From the NCBI RefSeq assembly GCF_000281045.1, contig NW_008246095.1, positions 196,616 through 216,615 on the forward strand: a stretch of DNA of 20,000 bases. The letters run 5' to 3'. Source of the stretch: Saprolegnia diclina VS20. Taxonomy: Eukaryota. Positions 10,301 to 19,827 of the stretch are shown piece after piece. Each line of letters opens with the position of its first letter. Positions within the stretch are counted from its first letter, which is position 1. The translations under genes and the position numbers were made by a program. The notes under the pieces are model-generated. The model was not told where the DNA came from, made no database searches, and saw only the letters and a program-made list of their open reading frames with translations.

Positions 10301-13137
10301 CAAGTCGCCTTCTTTTGCGTCTCGTTTGAGCAAGGCCATGTGCACTTGTACGACCCGCTCACGCTCGAAAACAAGTGCCCCCTGCCGATTACGTTTCAAG
10401 CGCGGGACGGCAGCCGCGGCGTGGCGCGCGGGGAGACACTTTCCGTGGGCGCGACGGCGGGCATTTGGTGGGCAATGCACCAGCCACTGTTTGCGCTCGA
10501 TGTGCCAGGGTGCGATATCTCGTCGTGGTTGCCGCTCAAGAAGGACAACCTCAAGCCCTTCTCGCTCGTTGTGCGGCGCCGCGGCGACCGTCGGCCCATG
10601 ACGATCCTTGTCGCGCTGCGCGAAAATGCGGCCAAAGCGCTCACCATCTCGCTCTACGCGGACGTGTGGCTCATCAACCGCACGGGCGTGGACCTCGCGT
10701 TCGGTAACGAGGTCGACGACGAGTGCTACCGCCCGTCATCCGAGGCCCAGAGCATCATTGACGACGCGCCCATGACCATGTACTCGTCGGGTGAGTCACC
10801 CGCGCTGCTGCGCGTGCGTCATGGCAACGCCAAGTGGAGTGCGTATGTGAAAGCGGACCCGCGCCGCATGAATTGGCAGGACGAGTGCCTCAGCGTTGCG
10901 TCCAACGGCCGCCTCTACGAGCTTGGCGTCTCGGCCGACTATGCGACGCGGCACTTTGGCGTCCTCACGACGATCGTGACGCTGACGCCGCGGTACCTCT
11001 TTGTGAACCGGTCGCCGTGGACCATCATCTTGCTCGAAGACGACGGCGCGCTTCCGTCCAACTTGACGCACGTCGACCACATGGTACCGCCGGGCGACTC
11101 GTATGCGCTCTACTGGATGCAAGGCGTGCGCCGCCGTCTGCGTGCGTCGGTCCTTGACTGCCCCGGGCAGTCGAGCTGGTCCGAGCCTTTTGGCATCAAC
11201 GAACTGCGCACGATGGAGCTCCTCGTGCCCAACGACGTGAGCTGCCCGATTCTTCAAGTCGTCGTCAAGCAAGGTGGGCTCACGCAGTCGACATACGTCA
11301 TCGATATGGTCAACTTGGACCTCGAGCCGCTGCCCGAGACGAAGGCGCCAACGTGGGATCTTGTGACCGTTGACGTCAAGGTACAACCTCCATCGTACTG
11401 TGCGATGACATACACGACCATTGTGCACAGGTGGCGAGTGTGACAATGACGCTCCTCGACACGTCCAAGGAAGTCGACTTGTTTACGGGTCCCGTGTTGG
11501 AAGAAGTGGCGCGGTTTAAGATTTTCAACATTCGCATGGACCTCTTCAAGGACCGCGTCAACGCCCAGGTACTGATTGCACTCGCCTGGAAGAGCAAACG
11601 CGTTGCTCATCCGATATGATGTTAGAGCCACTTGCGCATCGGCTCGATGGCGTTGCAGGATCTCTTGCCGCGCACCAAGTACCCTCTCGTCGTGTCGCCT
11701 TCCAAGTCGTCGTCGTCGCGCGACTTTATCGTGGTCGCGTACAAGGACAAGGTCCACCCCAAGTACCACTATATCGAGTCGCTCGAGGTGTACGTGCAAG
11801 ACGTGTCGCTCCAGACGTCCATGTCGTTTGTCAACCGCATCAACGGACTCATCACCGAGACGCTGGGCCATTTTACCTCGGCGCGGTCGCTGGACCTCGT
11901 TGCGTACTTCAACAACGACGACCTTGCATCCCTCACCGGTCGCAAGTGGTTTTTCGAGCGCCTCGCGATTCGCCCGATCCACGCCACGGTCTCGTTTGTC
12001 AAGGACGCGAGCTCGGGCGACGCGACCAACTTTTGGCTCGCGAACCTCAAGCTCAAGATCAAGGACGCGTCGCTCGTGCTGGATGGTTACACGCTCGCAA
12101 ACGCGCTCGCGACGCAAGAGTCGGTGCTCGAAGCGCTCAGCCGCTTCTACGTCGGGTCGGTGAAAAGCCAAGCGCTGGGGCTGGTCGAGTCGATCCAAGT
12201 CATCCCGCTCGTCACGGGCGTTGTGACCGAAGGTGTCTCGACACTGGTCTCGACGCTGTGGGGCAAGGCCGATAGCACCCTCGCGTCGTCATCGTTTCGG
12301 CGCGAGTCGCTTTCCAACAGCGCGATCGTGTCCAAGCACAGCAGAGGTGTTGCGTCAGTCGCGTCGCCGGCCCAGCTCCAAAACGTGCTCCACCACCTCG
12401 TGTTTGATTGGGACGGCAACCACACGGGGCTCGAAGCCCGCGCGTGCATGGCGCTCGGCCTCATCAACAATTCGTCGCAGTCGATCGTAGTCCAAGCGAC
12501 GCTTCGGGACGGTGCCGAGTTGCGATCGCTGCCGAACGGCCGACAGCACCTGGCGCCGGGCCTTGCCGAGTGGCAGCCGGACCGCGCCCTCCTCCTCTTT
12601 GCGTGGGGCTATACGCCGACGCTACTGACGACGGGCGACGTGTCGATGAATGTCCAATCGAACGCGTTCACGCTCACGATCTCGAAATCGTTTACGCGCT
12701 TGCAGGCCAACCCGGGCTACACGGCCACGTTTACGCTGCAAGAGTCGCAAACGTGGTGGGCCAAGCACATGGTCGTTGTCAGCGACGACCTCCCGTCGAT
12801 CCAGACGACCGCAGCGTCAGCGGCGCCGGATGCGCAGAGTGCATACGAGATCCTCTTTGATAGCGACACGCTCGGTATTGTTGCGCGCCAAGTCGACCAA
12901 AATACGGTCGCGGTGCGCGAGTGCTGTCGCTTCTCCAACGGCCAACCCAGTCCCGCGCTGGCATGCGGTCTCATTGCCGAGGGCGACTTGATTCTATCGG
13001 TGAACGGCCTCCCCGTGCGTACGACAAGCGGCTTCAAGGCTGCGATCGTCAACACACCGCGGCCTCTCGTCGTGCGATTTGCCCGCAAGCCCGCTATCGT
13101 CGTCGAGGACGAGAACGCGTTCAACCTCTTTGGCTAA
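4382..13137 (+). CDS. VPS13: VPS13-family bridge-like lipid transfer protein (about 2796 aa) with C-terminal PDZ domain
   Basis: Eight exons: 4382-4405, 4462-4719, 4771-9781, 9832-9904, 9954-10142, 10195-11380, 11431-11568, 11626-13137. All introns are GT-AG, 49-57 nt, and the total of 8391 nt is in frame. Motifs: Chorein_N (LGKYVDGL...LQVGLWSGELLLTNLKLK...GTIAKVHVVVPW; IIDNLQITIKDLHIRYED), SSWYGYFFG, RBG repeats (DMKAPVLLLPED, NLVEPRIVIP), YYNPDSRTWQPL, VAB/SHR-BD repeats (IVNESG, WLINRTG, LTPRYLFVNRS), and VPS13_C (FFERLAIRPIHATVSF). Confidence 0.95.
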
Positions 13138-13262
13138 GTTCTGATGTACATACGCACGTACAGTAGCTCCATGTACCCACAGTATAAACAACCCACGTCC
13201 AAGGAAACCACATCTAGTAACATCATTAGTCGAGCGCTCGAGTCTTGGGCGCCACGATACCC

Positions 13263-13771
13263 TCATGTCTCGGACGGCGCGAGGAGCTTCTTGGCGCCGG
13301 TAGAGAGACGGCGTTGCTGTTGGGTCTTGGGCGGTGATGTCTTGGACGCGCGGAGCTTGAGCGCAAGCGTAAACTCTTTAAACGTGACGCCGTCGTCGTC
13401 GAGCGACGCCATCCAACGACGAAGGTCGGCCACGTCGTCGTCCGAGACGCCAAAGTTGATTTGGTGCAGCCCATCGAGGAGCTCGTCGAGCGAGATGCGC
13501 TTGTTCTGGTTGAGGTCCATGGCGGCAAAGACGTCGATCGCGCGGAGGCCGTTGCCATGAATGTACTTGTCAAGGCGGCGAAACCAGCTCGGCGGGAGCG
13601 GACTGAGCGTGTCCAACGGCGCGATCGTAGCCTGCGGCGGCCGATACAGCGACATGGCCTTCTCGTCCGCCTCGTCGGCCGGCATCTAGGCCATGGTTAT
13701 CGCACAGAACCACCCTAGCGACGTGGTCGTACCGTCGGTCCGTGGGCGCAGCAGCACGCGACTTGTCCCAT
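13263..13771 (-). CDS. EF-hand protein (153 aa) with predicted N-myristoylation/palmitoylation N-terminus
   Basis: Exon 1 13771-13733 encodes MGQVACCCAHGPT, followed by a 47-nt GT-AG intron (13732-13686) and exon 2 13685-13263. EF-hand loop DVFAAMDLNQNKRISLDEL and a degenerate second hand SLDDDGVTFKEF. Inr+FPR-like motif upstream. Confidence 0.8.
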
Positions 13772-13792
13772 AAGATACCAGTCCAAAAATCG

Positions 13793-13806
13793 AAAGTGCA
13801 AAGTGG
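13793..13806 (-). promoter_or_regulatory. Oomycete Inr+FPR core promoter element of the EF-hand gene
   Basis: Minus strand reads CCACTTTGCACTTT, close to the oomycete consensus YCAYTYYNCAWTTT, 22-35 nt upstream of the ATG at 13771. Confidence 0.55.
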
Positions 13807-13819
13807 AACCGTCGTCGTC

Positions 13820-14819
13820 ATGGGTCTCCTCTCCAAGCTCGTGCTGCCCGAGAGCGGTGGGCCCAAGGCGGCCAAGCCGACGCCAATCGTCCAGCTGCCA
13901 CTAAGCGCGTGCCTCAAGTGGCTCAACCCGCGCAGGGCCGCGCTCGGGCTGCCCATTTATGCCGATACGCCTGCCCATGGCAAAGCCAAGGTGCTGCCAA
14001 TACCACCCGTCGAGCGCCTGCGGAGCGAAATCATCGATGCGGTGCAGAACCGCACCTTTGAACAGTACGTACTACTGTCACCGTCTGGCAAACGGTGGTG
14101 CGATGGATGGTACTGCTTGTAGAACGGCTGTGGACGACCCCACGGTGGTCGTCGGCGCGGGCGGGCGCCTCTACGCAGCCACGACCGCCATCACCCTGCG
14201 CAAGCTCGCCCAATACAACGCGATTCCATTCTCGGATGTATGGACTGCGAGCTACCACGGACGCCAAATCGAAGTACTAATGGCGTTTCTCGTCGTTGAG
14301 ATTTGAACTTTGAGATTCGCTTACTTGAGATTGTAGGTCGAGCACTACATTGCGACGTGCGGCATTGATCCCAACATTCCCCAATTCGGGTATCCATACC
14401 AAACACCATTGCACTGTGCCGTGAGCGGTGGTGCCACGGCAACCGTACGACGACCAACTTCAAGCGAACGAAGGACCATCTGCTGTGTTGCTCACGCATT
14501 ATTCCGCGTAGGCCCAGTATCTCGTGGCCAAAGGTGCGTCGCCCGCCAAGACGGATATCAACGACAACAGTACGCTACGTGATTCCCGAGCTATAAGGGT
14601 TCGAATACTGCAAACGATGTAGCGCCGATCCATTTGGCCGCGCGCTGGGGCCGACTGGACGTTCTCGAGCTCTTCTTGCGCGGTCCGTCGCTTCCGCAAA
14701 CGGCGTGGGTGGCGCCCAATCGTCTGGGCGATACGCCGATATACATGGCATCACAGCACGGCCATATCTCGGTCACTGCGTTCTTCAGGCTCCATTTCGA
14801 ACAGCGCGACCACGAATGA
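13820..14819 (+). CDS. Ankyrin-repeat protein (252 aa)
   Basis: Five exons: 13820-14064, 14123-14273, 14337-14444, 14512-14569, 14623-14819, with GT-AG introns of 53-67 nt; 759 nt in frame. Ankyrin motifs VWTASYHGRQIEVEHYI, QTPLHCAVSGGATATAQYLVAKGA, NTPIHLAARWGRLDVLELFL, GDTPIYMASQHGH. Confidence 0.82.
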
Positions 14820-15101
14820 GCCTCCATCCAATGCGACCTGGTTGATGGCCGTCCATAGTTGGGTCGCAAAAATAAACTCAAAATGCCTTTCGCATACTAC
14901 CTGAGTACGACGCTGGAAGGCGTTGGCGTTGGTGCCGCTGTGCTCGTCAAGTGAGAGCTGCGCAGAGAGACTTGTCTGCGGTGGCATTCTTCCTGCATGT
15001 TGTCAAGAAGGAACGGCGTCGTTTAAATAATACGTCAACGCTTTATTCATATCCAAGCCTACGGTGACGTGCGGTGGTGCATCTCGCAGAGGCGGCGACT
15101 T

Positions 15102-15506
15102 CTACGACGCAAAGAGGGCGCGCAGAACGTATTCGATTTCGTGCCACGACAGCGTCGCGGTGTGCTCGTACACTTCGGGTGTGAACGGCAGCGGCGCGTA
15201 CTTGGACTCGTCATCGTCGAGGCTGTCGCTGTGGCGCCGGCGCACGAGCACCGCGGGCGAAGCGGACTGATCGAGGAGGTCCATGGCCTCTTTCTTCTTC
15301 GTGGCGTACGTCTTTTGCGTCGAGTTGGCGCGGCGGCGGTGAAACTCGCAGTACGAGTGCAGCTGGCCGTTGCGTTTTGCGGACCGCGCGTTGGGGCACC
15401 GCTTGAACGCATACTTGCAGCGGTCTTCAAAGGACGCCGCGACACAGAGCGGCGAAGGCGACGACGACGCCGACGACATGGGGGTAGCGCGCGACCAGAG
15501 TGTCAT
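15102..15506 (-). CDS. Small oomycete-type C3H zinc-finger-like protein, paralog of 2029-2397
   Basis: Intronless 134-aa ORF with CKYAFKRCPNARSAKRNGQLHSYCEFHRRRANSTQKTYATKKK, 28/42 identical to the domain of 2029-2397 by manual count. Confidence 0.85.
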   Translation of the reverse strand: MTLWSRATPMSSASSSPSPLCVAASFEDRCKYAFKRCPNARSAKRNGQLHSYCEFHRRRANSTQKTYATKKKEAMDLLDQSASPAVLVRRRHSDSLDDDESKYAPLPFTPEVYEHTATLSWHEIEYVLRALFAS

Positions 15507-15551
15507 GGTATACTATCTGTGTTTGGATATCGTCGGGGCGATGGCGATCTT

Positions 15552-15568
15552 GTAAATTACAAAGTGAC
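15552..15568 (-). promoter_or_regulatory. Oomycete Inr+FPR-like core promoter of the second C3H gene
   Basis: Minus strand reads GTCACTTTGTAATTTAC, about 46-62 nt upstream of the ATG at 15506. Confidence 0.5.
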
Positions 15569-17602
15569 GAGGTGAAGGCTCTGTTGTTTGGTTCGGAATT
15601 CGAGGTGTCGCGATCACCGACGACGTTGACGCTCGGTGCCAGAGTGGGCGGAGCTGCGTTGGATACGCCCATATGTTGAAAAGCGTGGTTTGATTTCCCG
15701 TACTTTTCGCCGCCGGAAGCTCGTCTAGCTACTCGCGCTAGCCAATGCGAGGCGAATATGCGTTCCGGGAAACCACCATGCGTTGATACGGTCATGGTCG
15801 CATCCAATGTAATGCATTGCTCGACGCCCATTGGTGCTCCGTGGTGCCACATTGTACGTCATGTCCGTGCCGCCATCCAAGCCACCGCGGCGCAAGCATG
15901 TCTTTCCTTTGAAAGAAGCAATGGCAAGGGTGCGGGATAGCGCTTAGTAAGTGCGCACGATGAACAATCATACCCGGCACACCACCACGCAGCAAAGATG
16001 CGTCACTGGACCGGACACTCGGTAGAATATATTCTCAATAGATAGCAACTGGATGAATACGCCAAGGGCCACCGTAGTAAGCCATTGTGTGCACGATGGA
16101 CTGAGCCACGATCGACCGAGAGGTAGGAGAGTATTTCGCTGGGTCAACAAAGGGCATAAGCTTACATGTGCATTGCGTGGAGGACACAACGGGTACAGCA
16201 GCACCGTAGGCGGCGCCCTCGAATCGCAGCGGACGTATCCGCAATGTTTGTCGGATCCAAGACAATCGCACCGTGTGTAGCAGGAGAAACGAGATCGTCG
16301 CTGCGCAACTTTCGTTCGCAAACACTGCGTCGAACACTGTCGAGACAGATTGCCGTGCGAATTACTTCTCTTGCATTGCACTGCATAGTATGGGATCTCG
16401 ATGCCTTCAATCCCTTGGTGGCAACAAACAACCAGTTCTGCGCCGCCAAACCAAGCGCTACGTTATAGAAGGCTCGGTGGACCGCGAAATCAGATGTTGT
16501 AAAACAGTTGTGCCACTGTCACCATATGTTTTGGGTGTGTCATCACGGACAGATCCCACCGGTTCGGACGGCGTCGTTGAATGCGACACATCATCCTTGG
16601 TACGATACCATCGGAGATTCGATGCTCGGTTCCTTTATGTAGAGGTTGCAAAGCTGCGATATCGTACGACCGGCTCTTGCATCGGTGCCAGATATCGAAC
16701 ATCGCAGCGAGCGATGGGCACGTCGTTAGACACGCAGAACGTTGAGCAGCGGAATCTAATTCCGCACCAGATCGTCGTCGACGTGCGCAGATAGTTCAAA
16801 CGTGTGGCTTGTAGATAACAGCCCTGATGCGCAACCTCCCTGTCGCGAGTGTTGATGTCGATCAACGCGTCCGAAGCACATTTGCATGGGCTGAAACACA
16901 CAGCATCGAAGCCCACGATACGATATTCGTCAGATCCTGAAACAAAGTCAATTTGGTGGACCCACAGCGCGTCACACACGAGAAGCATTTGGCTGTAGAA
17001 GCGTGAGGTTATGCTACTCGAGTGTGGAGCCAATTCGTTTGTTGTTTTGTGTCCAAGCACACCTGTCACATGCTCGATGACATTGTCGTCATCAGGCCAA
17101 ACGGCATTACGTGTGCTACTCCGAGAAACGAGCTGCTTCGAGACGCACGTTTTCTCTGGGTCGAAACGGGTACGTATTCCGAAGCCTGTTGGACCTCCAT
17201 TCGAAAGAGTCGCCTCTGTCGAAGCCTATGGGATGCTTAACATGAGAGCGATGTGTAGAATGTTGAGCGTTTGCTGCTTCCAAAGAAGCTTACTCCTTAC
17301 GACAAGCGTAGTTTCTCTCCAAGATATATTCTTTTGTGGAATCGCGCTGCACTGTTTCGTCGCGATTGGAATGTGGACCAAGCCTGCGTGGTCGAGGGAT
17401 CTGTCGGTCATGCATTTTGTTCCAAGCGCAGTACAGCTGCAAGACGGCTCGACGGAGTTTACTGCACATGTCCTCCAATCCAAATCATTGCCGAACCATG
17501 TACGCAACAAGCTCTGCGAACAACACGCAATGCACAGTCTGCTTCAATACAAAATTGGTCTGTCATTCAAAAGATAAAAGAGAGGGGGATCGGCCCGACG
17601 TT

Positions 17603-18427
17603 CTAGCCGCGGAGGTTGAAGTCCATCTTCTGAGGACCCTTGGACGGGTAGACGCAGCCCCACGCACCAGTCTTGAGCTTCTGGCACGTCGCGGATTCGG
17701 GCGCCTGGCACCAGCCGTTCTTGGACGAGAAGAGACCAGTCTTGCAGTCGCCCGAGGCCCAGTCGCCCTGCTTGGGGCAAGCACCACCGCCACTGTTACC
17801 CGAGCAGACCGGGCCGTTCACGCAGTAGGTAGCATCACCTTCAACCGAGACGTTGGTGCAGCCCTGGTCGGCTTCAGCAGCCATCTTCTGGGGACCCTTA
17901 GTCGGGTACACGCAGCCGTAGGCACCCGTCTTGAGCTTTTGGCACGTCGCATCCTCCGGTGCCTGGCACCACTTGCCGTTGGACGAGAAGAGGCCGCTCT
18001 TGCAGTCGCCCGACGCCCAGTCGCCCTTCTTGGGGCAAGCGCCGCTGCCGCTGTTGCCCGAGCACACGGGGCCGTTCACACAGTAGGTGGCATCCCCCTC
18101 GACCGACACGTTGGTGCAGCCCTGATCGGCCTCGGCCGTCATGCCGGCGACCATCTTTTGGGGACCCTTCGACGGGTACACACAGCCGCGAGCGCCCGTC
18201 TTGAGCGTCAAGCAGACGGCCGACTCGGGGGCCTGGCACCAGCCGTTCTTGGAGGAGAAGAGGCCGGCCTTGCAGTCGCCCGAGGCCCAGTCGCCTTGCT
18301 TGGGGCAGGCGCTGCCGTTGCCGCCGCAGATGGCGCCTTCGATGCAGTAGGTGGCGTCGCCCTCGACGGAGACGTTGGTGCAGGCCGTGGCGTAGGCGGC
18401 AGTGGCGAGGATGATGGTGAGCTTCAT
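17603..18427 (-). CDS. Secreted cysteine-rich protein (274 aa) with three oomycete VSVEGDATYC-type 8-Cys domains (family annotated in oomycetes as carbohydrate-binding, mucin-like or cyst-germination proteins)
   Basis: Signal peptide MKLTIILATAAYATA, then three repeats of CTNVSVEGDATYC...C...CPKxGDWASGDC...WCQAPExAxCxxLKTGAxGCVYP. Strong codon bias, intronless, with Inr+FPR upstream of the 18427 ATG. Confidence 0.9.
   Translation of the reverse strand: MKLTIILATAAYATACTNVSVEGDATYCIEGAICGGNGSACPKQGDWASGDCKAGLFSSKNGWCQAPESAVCLTLKTGARGCVYPSKGPQKMVAGMTAEADQGCTNVSVEGDATYCVNGPVCSGNSGSGACPKKGDWASGDCKSGLFSSNGKWCQAPEDATCQKLKTGAYGCVYPTKGPQKMAAEADQGCTNVSVEGDATYCVNGPVCSGNSGGGACPKQGDWASGDCKTGLFSSKNGWCQAPESATCQKLKTGAWGCVYPSKGPQKMDFNLRG
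17620..18382 (-). repeat. Three tandem intragenic repeats of about 260 bp
   Basis: Units begin at the Cys codon at 18382, 18118 and 17860 (periods 264 and 258 nt). Differences are largely synonymous or in linker length. Confidence 0.92.
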
Positions 18428-18442
18428 GGTCGGAGGAGAGGA

Positions 18443-18460
18443 GGAAATTGGAGTATGACA
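18443..18460 (-). promoter_or_regulatory. Oomycete Inr+FPR core promoter of the secreted repeat protein
   Basis: Minus strand reads TGTCATACTCCAATTTCC, one mismatch to TCATTYYNCAWTTT, 16-33 nt upstream of the ATG. Confidence 0.6.
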
Positions 18461-18739
18461 CTGGAATTGCGTTTGGTCCAGCGATGTCAACTTTGCATTT
18501 CGCTCGCGTAGACTAGCTTGATGCTAGCATGGACGAATCCACACATTTCACTGGATTCGCGCCCAGATGTCGAGTCGTTTGCGCGGATGATCGCAATCCG
18601 CCGACACATTTTTTTGAAATTTGTATCAAATTGGCACCAAAGGCAACCAAGCACTGCGTCGTCTTGTCGAAACGCGCGGTAGTCAAACCCATCCTCCTCA
18701 TCTCTGGCCCAGATGCTCTGTTATGACAAGGGTCCATAA

Positions 18740-18840
18740 NNNNNNNNNNNNNNNNNNNNNNNNNNNNNNNNNNNNNNNNNNNNNNNNNNNNNNNNNNNNN
18801 NNNNNNNNNNNNNNNNNNNNNNNNNNNNNNNNNNNNNNNN
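18740..18840. other. Assembly gap (run of N)
   Basis: About 101 consecutive N. Contiguity and distance across it are uncertain. Confidence 0.99.
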
Positions 18841-18958
18841 CTGCTCGACGATCGCCATGCGCTGGCCCATCCTCTGCGCGTACGTCGACGTCGAGGCCAA
18901 CTCGCTGCACCAACAGCGTCTTTCAGCTCGCCAGTAGGACTCCCCACGGTTCGGCTCG

Positions 18959-19065
18959 AGCCGTGGAGCCGACGGCTCGGCTCGGTTTTGCCCGGCTTTG
19001 GCTTCATTTTTCGAGCCGGCTTCAAGCCGAGCCGAGCCGAGCCGCTAAAGCCGATGGAGCCGTTG
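18959..19065. repeat. Left subterminal repeat array of the hAT element
   Basis: Multiple GAGCC/GGCTC pentamers. The block CCGGCTTTGGCTTC...GCCGGCTTCAAGCCGAGCCGAGCCGAGCCG is repeated in direct orientation at about 19883-19935. Confidence 0.85.
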
Positions 19066-19143
19066 CTCCAGTCATTTACGATTGGCAACCACTATAACAT
19101 ACATACTACAAGACTAAATATACTACTCGTGATCATTCTCGAA

Positions 19144-19796
19144 ATGTCGGACGATGAGGTCGTGATCGTGGAACCGTGCCCAGAGCCGGCCAAGTCGGGG
19201 AAGGCCAAGGCGGCAACGAAGAGGTCGTGGACTCTGGACTACATGGTCTCCTTGCCCAACAAGGTGCGCCGCTGCTCGTGTTGTTCAACGACGTTTGGGA
19301 CGTCCACGTCCACGCACCATCGCCAAGCACTTGAATGCCCATGGCATCACGAAGGACACGGTGGCTTCGTCATCGGTGGCGATCCAGAAGTCTATCACCG
19401 ACACACTCCCTTTGTCGGCGAGGCGCAAGTATGACTCGGCCATCGCCACGTACGTCGTCTCGGAGGTCTTTCCATTGGTACACGTCGCCTCGCCCGGTGC
19501 TGTACAAGATTGCGATGGACTACCTCTCAATCCCGACCACGGCGGTGCCAAGCGAGCGAGCCAACTCTGCGGCTAAGCGCGTCTTCGAAGGGCGAGACAG
19601 CCTCGGTGACAACATGTTCAAGGCGCAAATGTGCGCGAAGTCGTGGATGCAGCTTGCGAAGGCGCTGGACTTCCCGCTCCCAGACGACTACCTCCAGGCG
19701 CTCGACGACTTGAAAGCGCGTGTGGACCTCTTGGAGATGGCCAAAGAAGATCCAGTCATCCAGTACTACCTTGATTGCGATCTTAAGAGCGAATAA
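19144..19796 (+). pseudogene. hAT transposase remnant: BED zinc finger plus C-terminal dimerisation domain, catalytic core deleted
   Basis: KRSWTLDYM...RRCSCCSTTFGTSTST, frameshift at about 19314, TIAKHLNAHG (BED finger). AIATYVVSEVFPLVHVASP is then joined out of frame at about 19490 to PVLYKIAMDYLSIPTTAVPSERANSAAKRVFEGRDSL (hAT dimerisation domain, L-S-I-P-x-T-S-x-x-S-E-R pattern). Confidence 0.9.
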
Positions 19797-19827
19797 AGTA
19801 TCGGAGTTGACTACCGACACGCGACCC

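Noticed and set aside
4792..13137. Several separate genes or programmed frameshifts suggested by split ORFs
   Set aside because: Canonical 49-57 nt GT-AG introns join all segments in frame into one VPS13 gene.
18428..18490. Upstream extension of the 295-aa ORF
   Set aside because: The ATG at 18427 begins a clean signal peptide, and the extension contains the Inr+FPR promoter element.
17336..18511. 391-aa plus-strand ORF with repeats
   Set aside because: Antisense shadow of the secreted Cys-rich repeat gene.
18950..19065. Short repeats resembling a CRISPR array or satellite
   Set aside because: No regular repeat-spacer structure, eukaryotic context, and fully explained as hAT subterminal repeats.
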